Translations under genes and position numbers: made by a program
The notes under the pieces: generated by a model
What the model was told of the DNA's origin: nothing
What the model saw: only the letters and a program-made list of their open reading frames with translations
Database searches by the model: none
Source of the DNA: an uncultured Gammaproteobacteria bacterium
GTDB taxonomy: Bacteria > Patescibacteriota > Patescibacteriia > Magasanikbacterales > GWA2-37-8
Direction: 5' to 3'
DNA: 64,000 bases
Assembly: GCA_964596525.1 (NCBI GenBank)
Contig: CAZQUL010000001.1
Location: 332,830 to 396,829 of the forward strand
Shown: positions 53,704 to 62,160 of the stretch, piece by piece
Layout: each line of letters opens with the position of its first letter
Position numbering within the stretch: the stretch's first letter is position 1

Positions 53704-54684
53704 TTATCCGACGAGGGAGCGCAGGAGGCGGTTCGCGTTCCGCCAGAGAATCTTTTCGATGACGGGAGTAGCGAAACCGATCTCGCCGAGCATGTCGGCG
53801 ATAGCAATCAGGCGGTCCGGCCGATTGAAACGAGGTGAAATGCTGGGCGTTCGGGCCCTAAAGTTTCCGCTACGATCCACGGTACGGCGTAGCCGTTCGA
53901 TGAGCGCGGCGTCATCTGCTGGATCGATGTACTTATAGGTGGCGTCGCTGCCGAGCGCGACATGGTCTTCGCCGGCGATCGAGACAGCGTGCTGGATGTG
54001 GCGCAGGAAGTGAATGCTGCTGTTATCCCGATCGTGGAGCATGAACGTGGCGAGCGGAATGCCGATAACGCCGCCCTGTTCAGCCACGCTTCGGATGAGA
54101 TTGTCTGGTGCGTTACGGCCATGGGCATGCACCGTGAAGCAGGCTGAGTGGGAGATGACGAGCGGTAGGGGCAGACGTTCCCGGATGGTAAAGCGGATAC
54201 TTTCGTAAGAACTCCTTACTCCCATGTGTGACAGGTCGAGGCCGATGTTGGCTGCGGAAAGGTAGCGCAAGGTTCTTTTGCCGGCTTCGGTGAGCGGACC
54301 ATCGCTCGCGAAACCGCCGGCAAACGGAGTGTCCTGTTCGTAGGCAAGCGTGGTGAGATGGATGCCGGCGCGCTTGAGCATCTGCCAGTCTTTGGGTGTT
54401 GCGGCATCGAGTGGTGGATGCTGCAATCCGCCCACTACTTTGAGCCCAGTGTAGTCGAAATCTTCCGGTCGTTTGACCACTCGTCCGCCAGCGGTGTGCA
54501 CTGAGCGGACGAACCAGTTGTGCTCACCGAGGATTGCTTCGGTGAGTTTTGCGGTCGGTGGGCTTGTGGTAGCGTGACAAAGCGAAAGGCCGTACTCAGG
54601 AGCAAGCGCCGGTTTGGGCGGCTTGTCCATGAGTTCGGCGCGGGAGAACGGAAAGGCGAGAAGGTCGGCAAACTGTTCAGGCAT
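53704..54684 (-). CDS. membrane dipeptidase (peptidase family M19)
   Basis: M19 signatures LVISHSA...HAHGRN and ...HVALGSD. About 326 aa. Confidence 0.8.
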   Translation of the reverse strand: MPEQFADLLAFPFSRAELMDKPPKPALAPEYGLSLCHATTSPPTAKLTEAILGEHNWFVRSVHTAGGRVVKRPEDFDYTGLKVVGGLQHPPLDAATPKDWQMLKRAGIHLTTLAYEQDTPFAGGFASDGPLTEAGKRTLRYLSAANIGLDLSHMGVRSSYESIRFTIRERLPLPLVISHSACFTVHAHGRNAPDNLIRSVAEQGGVIGIPLATFMLHDRDNSSIHFLRHIQHAVSIAGEDHVALGSDATYKYIDPADDAALIERLRRTVDRSGNFRARTPSISPRFNRPDRLIAIADMLGEIGFATPVIEKILWRNANRLLRSLVG

Positions 54685-54864
54685 GGTTCCCTCGATGAAA
54701 GACCCGTGTAAAAGTATAAACTAATTTTTCCGCCTTCGCCACTCAGTTGTACACTCGTTTCCGTGAAAACTATGGATATGGAATGCACGGTGGTGTATAA
54801 TGGCGCCAGCAGGTTCCTGTTGCGCTTTCAACAATCTAGGGAAGAAGGGGGGTTTATTTTTTGT

Positions 54865-55917
54865 ATGCAGATTGATCGTTTGCTCCGTCAACGTAACTAC
54901 GCGGCATGGCAGGTCCGCGCCGACGATTTCCCCGTATCGGGAACTGAAGAAGAGCGGTTATGTTTTTTACTTCGTTACGCGCTGCTCGCTCCTTCAAGTC
55001 ATAACAGTCAGCCGTGGCGGTTGAGCGTAGCTCCGCCTTTTATTACGTTCAAAATTGCGTCTGAACGCGCGCTCCCGGTTGTGGATCCACTCAACCGGTT
55101 GAGCACTATCGCTGTCGCGGCAGCAGCGGAGAATTGCCAGTTGGCGGCCGACTATTTCGGCTATGCGGCAACCGAAGAGCAGGTTTCATCTCATGAATGG
55201 CGTTTGGCCTGCACGTCTCGGGGGCCGATTATTTCCAATCCCGACCATCTTTTTCATAGCATTACTAAACGTCACTGCGAGCGCGGGCCCTACCGCATAC
55301 AGCGTCTTGCGGAGGATTTAAAGAAAGAAATGGCAGCATTGGTTACATCCGGAGTAAAAATTACGTTCGTTGAAGATGCTTCTGAGCGTTTGTGCGTTAC
55401 CCGTATCGTACTTGATGCTCGCGACGAACTTATGGACGAGCGTTCGTTTCGCGATGAATTGGCAGCGTACAAACGTCATAACCTGACGCGTGACGGGGTA
55501 GGCATGCCCGGATTTACGATGGGTTTTTCTACGGCGCTTTCGTTTATCACGCCGTTCGTTATCCGGCGGCGCAACGTGGCGCGTATGACGAGACAGAAAG
55601 ATGAAGACCTGATGAATGTGGCAACACCGGCCTTTGTAGTGCTTAGCACGTCCGAGAACACACCGGCCGCCTGGTGGGAGGTTGGGAAGGTGCTTGAGCG
55701 TGCGCTCTTGGCTGCGACGCGTAGAGGTTATGCGGCTAATATTATGGCTTCGCCCATCGATCGCGATGAGTGGGCAGTCAAGCTCGGAGAAGTAATAGGA
55801 CTTACCAGCAATGAGCGGCCACAGATGTTTTTCCGTCTCGGCCAACCCGTGGCTGCCACCCACTACCCGAGCCCTCGCCTGGCACTTCCCGATGTGTGTG
55901 AAAACGCGCGCGTATGA
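54865..55917 (+). CDS. nitroreductase-family protein (large two-lobed type)
   Basis: SSHNSQPWR nitroreductase motif. About 350 aa. Start uncertain: 54763 is an alternative, and neither has a strong Shine-Dalgarno. The stop overlaps the next start (ATGA). Confidence 0.7.
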   Translation: MQIDRLLRQRNYAAWQVRADDFPVSGTEEERLCFLLRYALLAPSSHNSQPWRLSVAPPFITFKIASERALPVVDPLNRLSTIAVAAAAENCQLAADYFGYAATEEQVSSHEWRLACTSRGPIISNPDHLFHSITKRHCERGPYRIQRLAEDLKKEMAALVTSGVKITFVEDASERLCVTRIVLDARDELMDERSFRDELAAYKRHNLTRDGVGMPGFTMGFSTALSFITPFVIRRRNVARMTRQKDEDLMNVATPAFVVLSTSENTPAAWWEVGKVLERALLAATRRGYAANIMASPIDRDEWAVKLGEVIGLTSNERPQMFFRLGQPVAATHYPSPRLALPDVCENARV

Positions 55918-56957
55918 CCGCTCATTTTTGGCAGATGCTTCCGGAGTATGACGGACATGCTCGCGTCATACCTGTCGTAGATGACCATCAGACATGTATC
56001 GGTTTTATCGCTATCTATAACGAAAGGCCTGGTTTTCCATCGCTTGGCGCGACGCGCTGGTGGACCTATTCTTCGCAAGAAGAAGCGTGTGCCGATGCAC
56101 TCCGGCTTGCCAAACTCATGGCGTATAAAGCCGCAGGTGCCGAATTACCTTATGGTGGCGCCAAAGGCGTTATTTTTGCTTCGTCTCAGGGGGATAGTCG
56201 GGCTGCCGTATTGAAAGCTTATGCCCGGGCAGTCGAAGAATTGTCCGGCGTTTTTGTGACCGGCACCGACGTGGGGCTTAGCGACGATGATCTGGAAATC
56301 ATGAAAACCGTTACGCGTCATATCATCGGCACGGGTGTGCCAAGCGGGTATTACACGGCGCTTGGCGTGATGTTCGCCATGCAAGAAACGCTTCAGAGTC
56401 TGTATCAGGATCCAGCGCTTACGGGCCGTACGATCGTTATCCAGGGTTTAGGTAAAACCGGTTTGGAACTGGCGCGCCTCGCGCGTTCGGCGGGGGCGCG
56501 CGTGGTGGTGACGGATATCAATCCGTTGGTCGTTGCTCGGGCACGCGAACTTATGCCTGAGCTGGATTTGTGTCAGCCGGGCGAAGAATATACTATTGCG
56601 TGCGATGTTTTTGCGCCCTGCGGCGTGAGCGGAGCTATTACACCTGCGAACGTGGATCATATTCCGTTTCGCTCCATTGTCGGCGCGGCGAATAATCAAC
56701 TCACCGATCCACGGCTTGCACAAACGTTGCATCGTCGCGGTATACGTTATATTCCCGATTATATCGTCAATGCCGGCGGGCTTTTGAGCGTTGTCGATGA
56801 GCTACAGTTCGGTTCATACGACGCGACGCGTGTTGCTGCAAGTGTCGATACACTCCGCGCGCGCGTCCGTTCATTGCTCGAAGAAAGCGCCCGGCGCCAA
56901 GTGCCGCCCTTAACCGTAGCCGACGAACGCGTGCGTGAGCGTTTGTCACTCTTATAA
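55914..56957 (+). CDS. Glu/Leu/Phe/Val-type amino-acid dehydrogenase family protein
   Basis: Catalytic-Lys motif GGAKGV. Rossmann IQGLGKTGLELARLARSAGARVVVTDI. Confidence 0.75.
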   Translation: MTAHFWQMLPEYDGHARVIPVVDDHQTCIGFIAIYNERPGFPSLGATRWWTYSSQEEACADALRLAKLMAYKAAGAELPYGGAKGVIFASSQGDSRAAVLKAYARAVEELSGVFVTGTDVGLSDDDLEIMKTVTRHIIGTGVPSGYYTALGVMFAMQETLQSLYQDPALTGRTIVIQGLGKTGLELARLARSAGARVVVTDINPLVVARARELMPELDLCQPGEEYTIACDVFAPCGVSGAITPANVDHIPFRSIVGAANNQLTDPRLAQTLHRRGIRYIPDYIVNAGGLLSVVDELQFGSYDATRVAASVDTLRARVRSLLEESARRQVPPLTVADERVRERLSLL

Positions 56958-56963
56958 TCATCT

Positions 56964-58475
56964 ATGTCGCCAGCTCGTTCTTCTACAACCGCTTTCATTA
57001 GCGCGCTCAAAACCAGACCCGAAGCGTGGTGGCAGCATCGGGGTGCAGTGCGTACGTTGCGTTTGTTTCATGCCATGGCACGGCGTGTACCAGCGTACCG
57101 CGATTTTCTGGTTAAACATCGTATTGATTCGGATAAGATAACTGCACCAGCAGATCTTAAACACTTACCGCCGACGGACAAAAATTCGTATTTGCGCGCA
57201 TACGAACTCAAAGATTTGGCCTGGGATGGAATTATTGCCGAGCGCAACCAAGTGGTTGCGGCAACTTCAGGTTCAAGCGGCGAGCCGTTTTATTTTCCCC
57301 GTTCGCACGTGCAAGACGCACAATTTGCTTTTACGCTCGATGTGCTGCTGCGCGATTATTGGGCTGTCGAAAAACGTTCCACGCTTTTCGTCAATTGTTT
57401 TGCGCTCGGCATCTGGATCGGCGGGATGTACATGTATCAGGCGCTCAAGTATGTGCTCGACCGTAATCAGTACCGCCTTACGGTTGTCAATCCGGGCGCG
57501 TATAAAGAAGAAGCGATTAAGGCCATTAAACGTCTTGGAAAGTACTACGATCAAGTAATTATCGGCGGGTATGCACCGCTCGTCAAAGATCTGCTCGATG
57601 ATGCGGTGCGTCACGATGTGGATTGGCGTGCGTTCAAACCGCGGTTTTTCTTTGCTGCCGAAGGGTTTAGTGAGACGTTCCGCGATTACATTCTCGGCAA
57701 AGTCGGACTCGATAATCCCTACGTCAATACGTTCAACCACTACGGTACGGCGGATATGGGCACGATGGCGCACGAAACGCCATTCTCGATTTTTATGCGG
57801 CGACAGGCGTTTGCCGAACCAGCCATCGGAGCGCGGCTCTTGCCGGATGTAACCAAACAGCCGACGATCTGTCAGTACTTACCGGAATTATTTTATTTCG
57901 AAGAGGTGGACGGCGGCTTGTTCTGCTCAAGCGGGAGCGGGTTGCCGCTCATACGCTATGACCTCAAAGACCGCGGCGGCGTATTTACCTGGGGCGATGC
58001 CGAACGTGCTTTTGCGGCTGAGGGCAAAAACATGGGATGGCTTACGGAACAAGCGGGGCTGCGTTTTTATCGTTGGAACGTACCGTTTGTGTACGTGTAC
58101 GAACGTGCTGATCTAACCGTGAGCATTTACAGCGTCAATATCTATCCCGAATCCGTACGCCGCGCACTCGAGAAACCCGATTTTCAGGAGTTTTTAACCA
58201 CTAAGTTTTCACTCACGGTCGGCTATGACAACGAGCAGAATCAGGTGCTCAGATTATATGTGGAACTTAAAAACGGCATTGTTGCACCGCCTACGCTCGC
58301 TGATCGGATCCAAACAAGTGTCGTGCGCCAACTCAACGAAGAAAATTCCGAATGGCGCGATTTTTATGCCGACGAATCCATTCGTCATAAGATCCTGCCG
58401 GTTGTCGAGCTCTGTACGTACGAAGATCCGACCTATTTCAAATCCGGCCGCAAACAGCGCTGGGTACTTCGCTAA
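56964..58475 (+). CDS. PaaK-like adenylate-forming enzyme (phenylacetate-CoA ligase / F390-synthetase family)
   Basis: ATSGSSGEPFYFP P-loop-like AMP-binding motif. Size and layout match the PaaK family. Confidence 0.7.
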   Translation: MSPARSSTTAFISALKTRPEAWWQHRGAVRTLRLFHAMARRVPAYRDFLVKHRIDSDKITAPADLKHLPPTDKNSYLRAYELKDLAWDGIIAERNQVVAATSGSSGEPFYFPRSHVQDAQFAFTLDVLLRDYWAVEKRSTLFVNCFALGIWIGGMYMYQALKYVLDRNQYRLTVVNPGAYKEEAIKAIKRLGKYYDQVIIGGYAPLVKDLLDDAVRHDVDWRAFKPRFFFAAEGFSETFRDYILGKVGLDNPYVNTFNHYGTADMGTMAHETPFSIFMRRQAFAEPAIGARLLPDVTKQPTICQYLPELFYFEEVDGGLFCSSGSGLPLIRYDLKDRGGVFTWGDAERAFAAEGKNMGWLTEQAGLRFYRWNVPFVYVYERADLTVSIYSVNIYPESVRRALEKPDFQEFLTTKFSLTVGYDNEQNQVLRLYVELKNGIVAPPTLADRIQTSVVRQLNEENSEWRDFYADESIRHKILPVVELCTYEDPTYFKSGRKQRWVLR

Positions 58476-58483
58476 TTTTTTGT

Positions 58484-59584
58484 ATGACCTTGTTGCCAAC
58501 TCCTCGCATTCTTTCCGAAGGAACATTTACCCTTGCCGACCTCGCGGCGTTCAAGCGCGAATTCAAGATCTGGCAGGAATATGATATATACCCGCTTCAG
58601 TTGGCGGAAGTATTTGAAATAACGCACCCCGAACTCCTCTACGCTCGTGACCGCGAAGAGCGAAAAAAAACGTTTATCAACGAAAAGCTTGCTAGAACCA
58701 AAGCCGGGCTCCTCGGCGGATGCTGGGTGTATTTTCCGGCCGACGGCCGTTTGGTGCACATGGTGGGTGAAGAAGATTATTACCGCCTGCGCACTAACCG
58801 TAACCGCAATCTAGTCACGTCCGTGGAGCAAGAAAAGCTGCGCCGTGCCCACATTGGACTCATCGGGTTGTCCGTTGGGAGTGGTGTAGCTACGACGTTG
58901 TCGTATTTGGGCATCGGGGCCACGTTTTCGGTAGCCGAGTTCGATACGCTCGAAACCACCAACCTCAATCGCATCCGCGCTCGCGTCGATCAGATTGGTG
59001 CGTCCAAGCTCACACTTTTAGCCGAACAGATCTACGCCGTCAATCCGTTCGCTCATATCCGTGCTTTTGATCAGGGTATTACGTCAGCAACGCTCGATGC
59101 TTTTACCGAGCCTGGAAAGTGTCCGGATGTTATTTTCGAGATCATCGATAGTTTTGAGATGAAAATCCATATCCGCAACCGCGCAAGATTGCGCCGTGTG
59201 CCGGTCATTATGGTTACCAATTTAGGCGACCGCGTACTTCTTGATGTAGAACGCTACGATGTTGACCTGCAAACGCCGTACTTTAATGGCCGAGCCGGTG
59301 ATGTGCCTGCTGCGATGATCGAAAATCCCGATGTCTCCACCGAGCTCAAGCATCAGTATGCTGTGGCTTTGGCTGGCAAGGAACACATACCCCACCGAGC
59401 TCTCGCTTCGGTCGATGAAATCGGCACAACCCTCGTTGGCCGACCGCAGCTTGCTTCTACAGTAACCGTTGCAACAGGCTTGTGTGGCTATCTGACGCGC
59501 CGTATTCTGCTCGGCGACACCACCCTCTCTGGCTCTTGGCTCATAAACTTTGATACACTATGTGAGACGGATCGTCGCCTATGA
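58484..59584 (+). CDS. ThiF/MoeB/E1-like family protein
   Basis: Rossmann IGLIGLSVGSGVATTLSYLGIGATFSVAEFDTLETTNLNR typical of E1-like adenylyltransferases. No rhodanese domain. Confidence 0.7.
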   Translation: MTLLPTPRILSEGTFTLADLAAFKREFKIWQEYDIYPLQLAEVFEITHPELLYARDREERKKTFINEKLARTKAGLLGGCWVYFPADGRLVHMVGEEDYYRLRTNRNRNLVTSVEQEKLRRAHIGLIGLSVGSGVATTLSYLGIGATFSVAEFDTLETTNLNRIRARVDQIGASKLTLLAEQIYAVNPFAHIRAFDQGITSATLDAFTEPGKCPDVIFEIIDSFEMKIHIRNRARLRRVPVIMVTNLGDRVLLDVERYDVDLQTPYFNGRAGDVPAAMIENPDVSTELKHQYAVALAGKEHIPHRALASVDEIGTTLVGRPQLASTVTVATGLCGYLTRRILLGDTTLSGSWLINFDTLCETDRRL

Positions 59585-60456
59585 CAACCGAAGGAGCGCT
59601 CTTAGCCACAATTAACGCCCCTTTAGCCGTGCGCCAACGCGTTTGCGGTAATTTTACCGTTCATTATTGCGTAGGCGGTAGCGGACCAACGCTTTTTTTC
59701 ATCCACGGCGCCAATATCGGGTGGGGGATGTGGTATACCATATTGCCAGAGCTTGCCAAGAAATACCGCGTTATAGCCATCGATTTGCCCGGCGCCGGGC
59801 GCTCCACCCGGCTCGATTATCAAACCCTCAACATTGAGCGCGACTTCATGGGGCCGTTGACCGAATTCTTCGCTGAAGAAATTGAGGGTCCGGTTACTAT
59901 TCTCGGCAGCTCCATCGGAGGGTACTTGGCGATTCGCTTGGCGGAGAAGTTTCCTGCCCGCGTAAAGGCGCTTGCGCTCTTTAATAGCGTTGGCTTTTCT
60001 TCGCGCCAGAGCGTGGCCGACCGATGCTTGAGCTGGTATCCGCTCGCCCGCCTCATTTCTAAAACCGTCCTTAATCCTCGTCTTTCGCGCTCGCGCATCG
60101 ATGCATTCATCCGTTCCACGTTTTTCAACAAAGAAACGCCGCTCGTCCCCGAATTTCTGGATTACTTTTTTGAAACCACCCTTACCTCGCACAATCTTCT
60201 GTTTATCAGCCGCATGCTGGCCTGCTCGGAAGAATTGGTCGTGACGGACACTGCCGCTCGACTCACCATTCCGACCCTTGTCGTCTGGGGCGAGCATGAT
60301 CGCATCATGCCACTCGAGCATCAACGTGCCGGACTCGGGCGTCTAAACCAATCCCGCCTCGTCGTGGTGCCGGGTGTCGGACATTTTCCGTCGCTTGAGA
60401 ATCCAGCGCGCGTACTTGAGGAAACACTGCCTTTTCTTGCCGCTCATAGCGTATGA
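59581..60456 (+). CDS. alpha/beta-hydrolase fold protein
   Basis: HGANIGWGMW oxyanion region. GSSIGG nucleophile elbow. ATGA overlap with the upstream gene. Confidence 0.8.
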   Translation: MTTEGALLATINAPLAVRQRVCGNFTVHYCVGGSGPTLFFIHGANIGWGMWYTILPELAKKYRVIAIDLPGAGRSTRLDYQTLNIERDFMGPLTEFFAEEIEGPVTILGSSIGGYLAIRLAEKFPARVKALALFNSVGFSSRQSVADRCLSWYPLARLISKTVLNPRLSRSRIDAFIRSTFFNKETPLVPEFLDYFFETTLTSHNLLFISRMLACSEELVVTDTAARLTIPTLVVWGEHDRIMPLEHQRAGLGRLNQSRLVVVPGVGHFPSLENPARVLEETLPFLAAHSV

Positions 60457-62141
60457 TGTTTATTCCGCCTCATCTATCGCTTGCTATTTTGGTTTTGGCC
60501 GTCATATCCATCGTGGCCTTGGCGCTTATCGTGATCCGCCAGAACATGCGAAGCGCTACGCACCGGATATTTTTTGCCTTGTCGCTCGTTACAGCATCAT
60601 GGCTGGTTTTGACGCACCTGTCGGCTCTGCCGGATTTTCTTACTTACTATCTTCTTACGGCACGCCTCACCATCTTTTGTGCCGTACCGCAGAGCGTGCT
60701 GTTTTTTTTGCTCGCGCATACCCTGCCGTCTGAAAATCTTGTGCTGTCGCACCATCGTTTCCGCCTTCTGATTGTCGCCACGATCGGCGTGATGTTTCTT
60801 ACGCTTACGCCGCTCGTATTTTCTTCGGCAGTAATTACTGGTGGCCGCGGCACGCTCGCCGTGGGGTTTGGTATGCCAGTTTTTGTCGCATTCGTCAGCA
60901 TCTTGAGCATCGCCGCGCTCGTTACGCTCATCAAAAAAATCCATCATAGCGCCGGCACCGTCCGTCGCCAGCTTGTTTTCATGATGACCGGTATTCTTCT
61001 TCTGCTTGGCCTCATCATTTCCACTATCATGATTCCGGTGATTTTTTTTCAATACGATGGCGGTATCAGCTTGGCACCTCTGTACGCGCTTATTTTCATT
61101 GCGCTTACGACAATCGCTATCTTGCGCTACCACTTGTTTGATATCAAACTCATTGCTACCGAAATTTTGGTCGCCATCATCGTTCTTACGCTTTTGTTTG
61201 AAGGTTTGAGAACCGAATCGCTTTTGTCGGCGGCCGTTAAATACTTGTTCTCCGGCCTCGTGCTCTGGCTTGGGTACTTACTCGTCAAAAGCGTCAAGAA
61301 AGAAATCGCGCAGCGCATCGAACTCGCCAACCTTAACACTACGCTTAAAGTTTCCAACGAGCAGCTCGCTACGGCTAATCTGCGGCTTAAAGAACTCGAT
61401 AATCAGAAAACCGAGTTTCTCTCCATCGCGTCGCATCAACTGCGCACACCGCTTTCCATCATCAACGGTTACATCGAACTCTTGGCCGACGGCGGTTATG
61501 GCAAGATGCCTACGCCTGCGCTTGGTGTGTTTGCAAATATCACCAACAATACCGATCATCTCATCCGCCTCGTTAACGAATTCCTCGATATCACCCATAT
61601 TGAGCAAGGGCGCGCCAAGTTTACGTTCGCCCCGGCTGACGTACGCGATATTGTCGATGAAGTAACGCGCGAGCTTGAATCGCAGCTTAAGAACAAGGAT
61701 CTCGAAATTGACTGGCGGCGGCCGGAGCGAGCAGTTATCGCTACGATCGACCGCGAAAAAATCCGCCATGTTATTTTTAATTTCGTCGACAACGCCATCA
61801 AGTACAGCGAGCACGGTGCCATCACTATTACGGTCAAAAGCGAAAAAGGCGGCGTGGCTGTGCGCGTCAAAGACCGCGGACTTGGTTTTGGTCCGGTTGA
61901 TCAGGCCAACTTTTTCCAGAAATTTTATCGCGGCAAGAACGTGGAAGGCGTGAACGTAACCGGCACTGGTCTTGGCCTTTTCGTGGCTAGCAAGTTCGTG
62001 GAAGGGCACCAGGGCAACATCTGGGCGGTAAGTCCAGGGCCGGGCCGGGGGAGTGAGTTTGGTTTTTGGGTGCCGCTCCAGCATGCGAGTGAAGAGGTCT
62101 TGGCCGAATCTTCAAAAGCAAACCAAAAAAAGAAAGCGTAA
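60453..62141 (+). CDS. sensor histidine kinase with 7-TM N-terminal sensor domain
   Basis: Seven hydrophobic helices. HisKA FLSIASHQLRTPL. HATPase_c with N, G1 and G2 boxes. ATGA overlap with the hydrolase gene. No response regulator in the window. Confidence 0.9.
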   Translation: MMFIPPHLSLAILVLAVISIVALALIVIRQNMRSATHRIFFALSLVTASWLVLTHLSALPDFLTYYLLTARLTIFCAVPQSVLFFLLAHTLPSENLVLSHHRFRLLIVATIGVMFLTLTPLVFSSAVITGGRGTLAVGFGMPVFVAFVSILSIAALVTLIKKIHHSAGTVRRQLVFMMTGILLLLGLIISTIMIPVIFFQYDGGISLAPLYALIFIALTTIAILRYHLFDIKLIATEILVAIIVLTLLFEGLRTESLLSAAVKYLFSGLVLWLGYLLVKSVKKEIAQRIELANLNTTLKVSNEQLATANLRLKELDNQKTEFLSIASHQLRTPLSIINGYIELLADGGYGKMPTPALGVFANITNNTDHLIRLVNEFLDITHIEQGRAKFTFAPADVRDIVDEVTRELESQLKNKDLEIDWRRPERAVIATIDREKIRHVIFNFVDNAIKYSEHGAITITVKSEKGGVAVRVKDRGLGFGPVDQANFFQKFYRGKNVEGVNVTGTGLGLFVASKFVEGHQGNIWAVSPGPGRGSEFGFWVPLQHASEEVLAESSKANQKKKA

Positions 62142-62160
62142 ATTCTTAATCACTGCAAAG

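Noticed and set aside
61278-62084. 268-aa minus-strand ORF inside the histidine kinase gene
   Set aside because: Antisense to the well-supported HisKA/HATPase_c region, with no ribosome-binding site.
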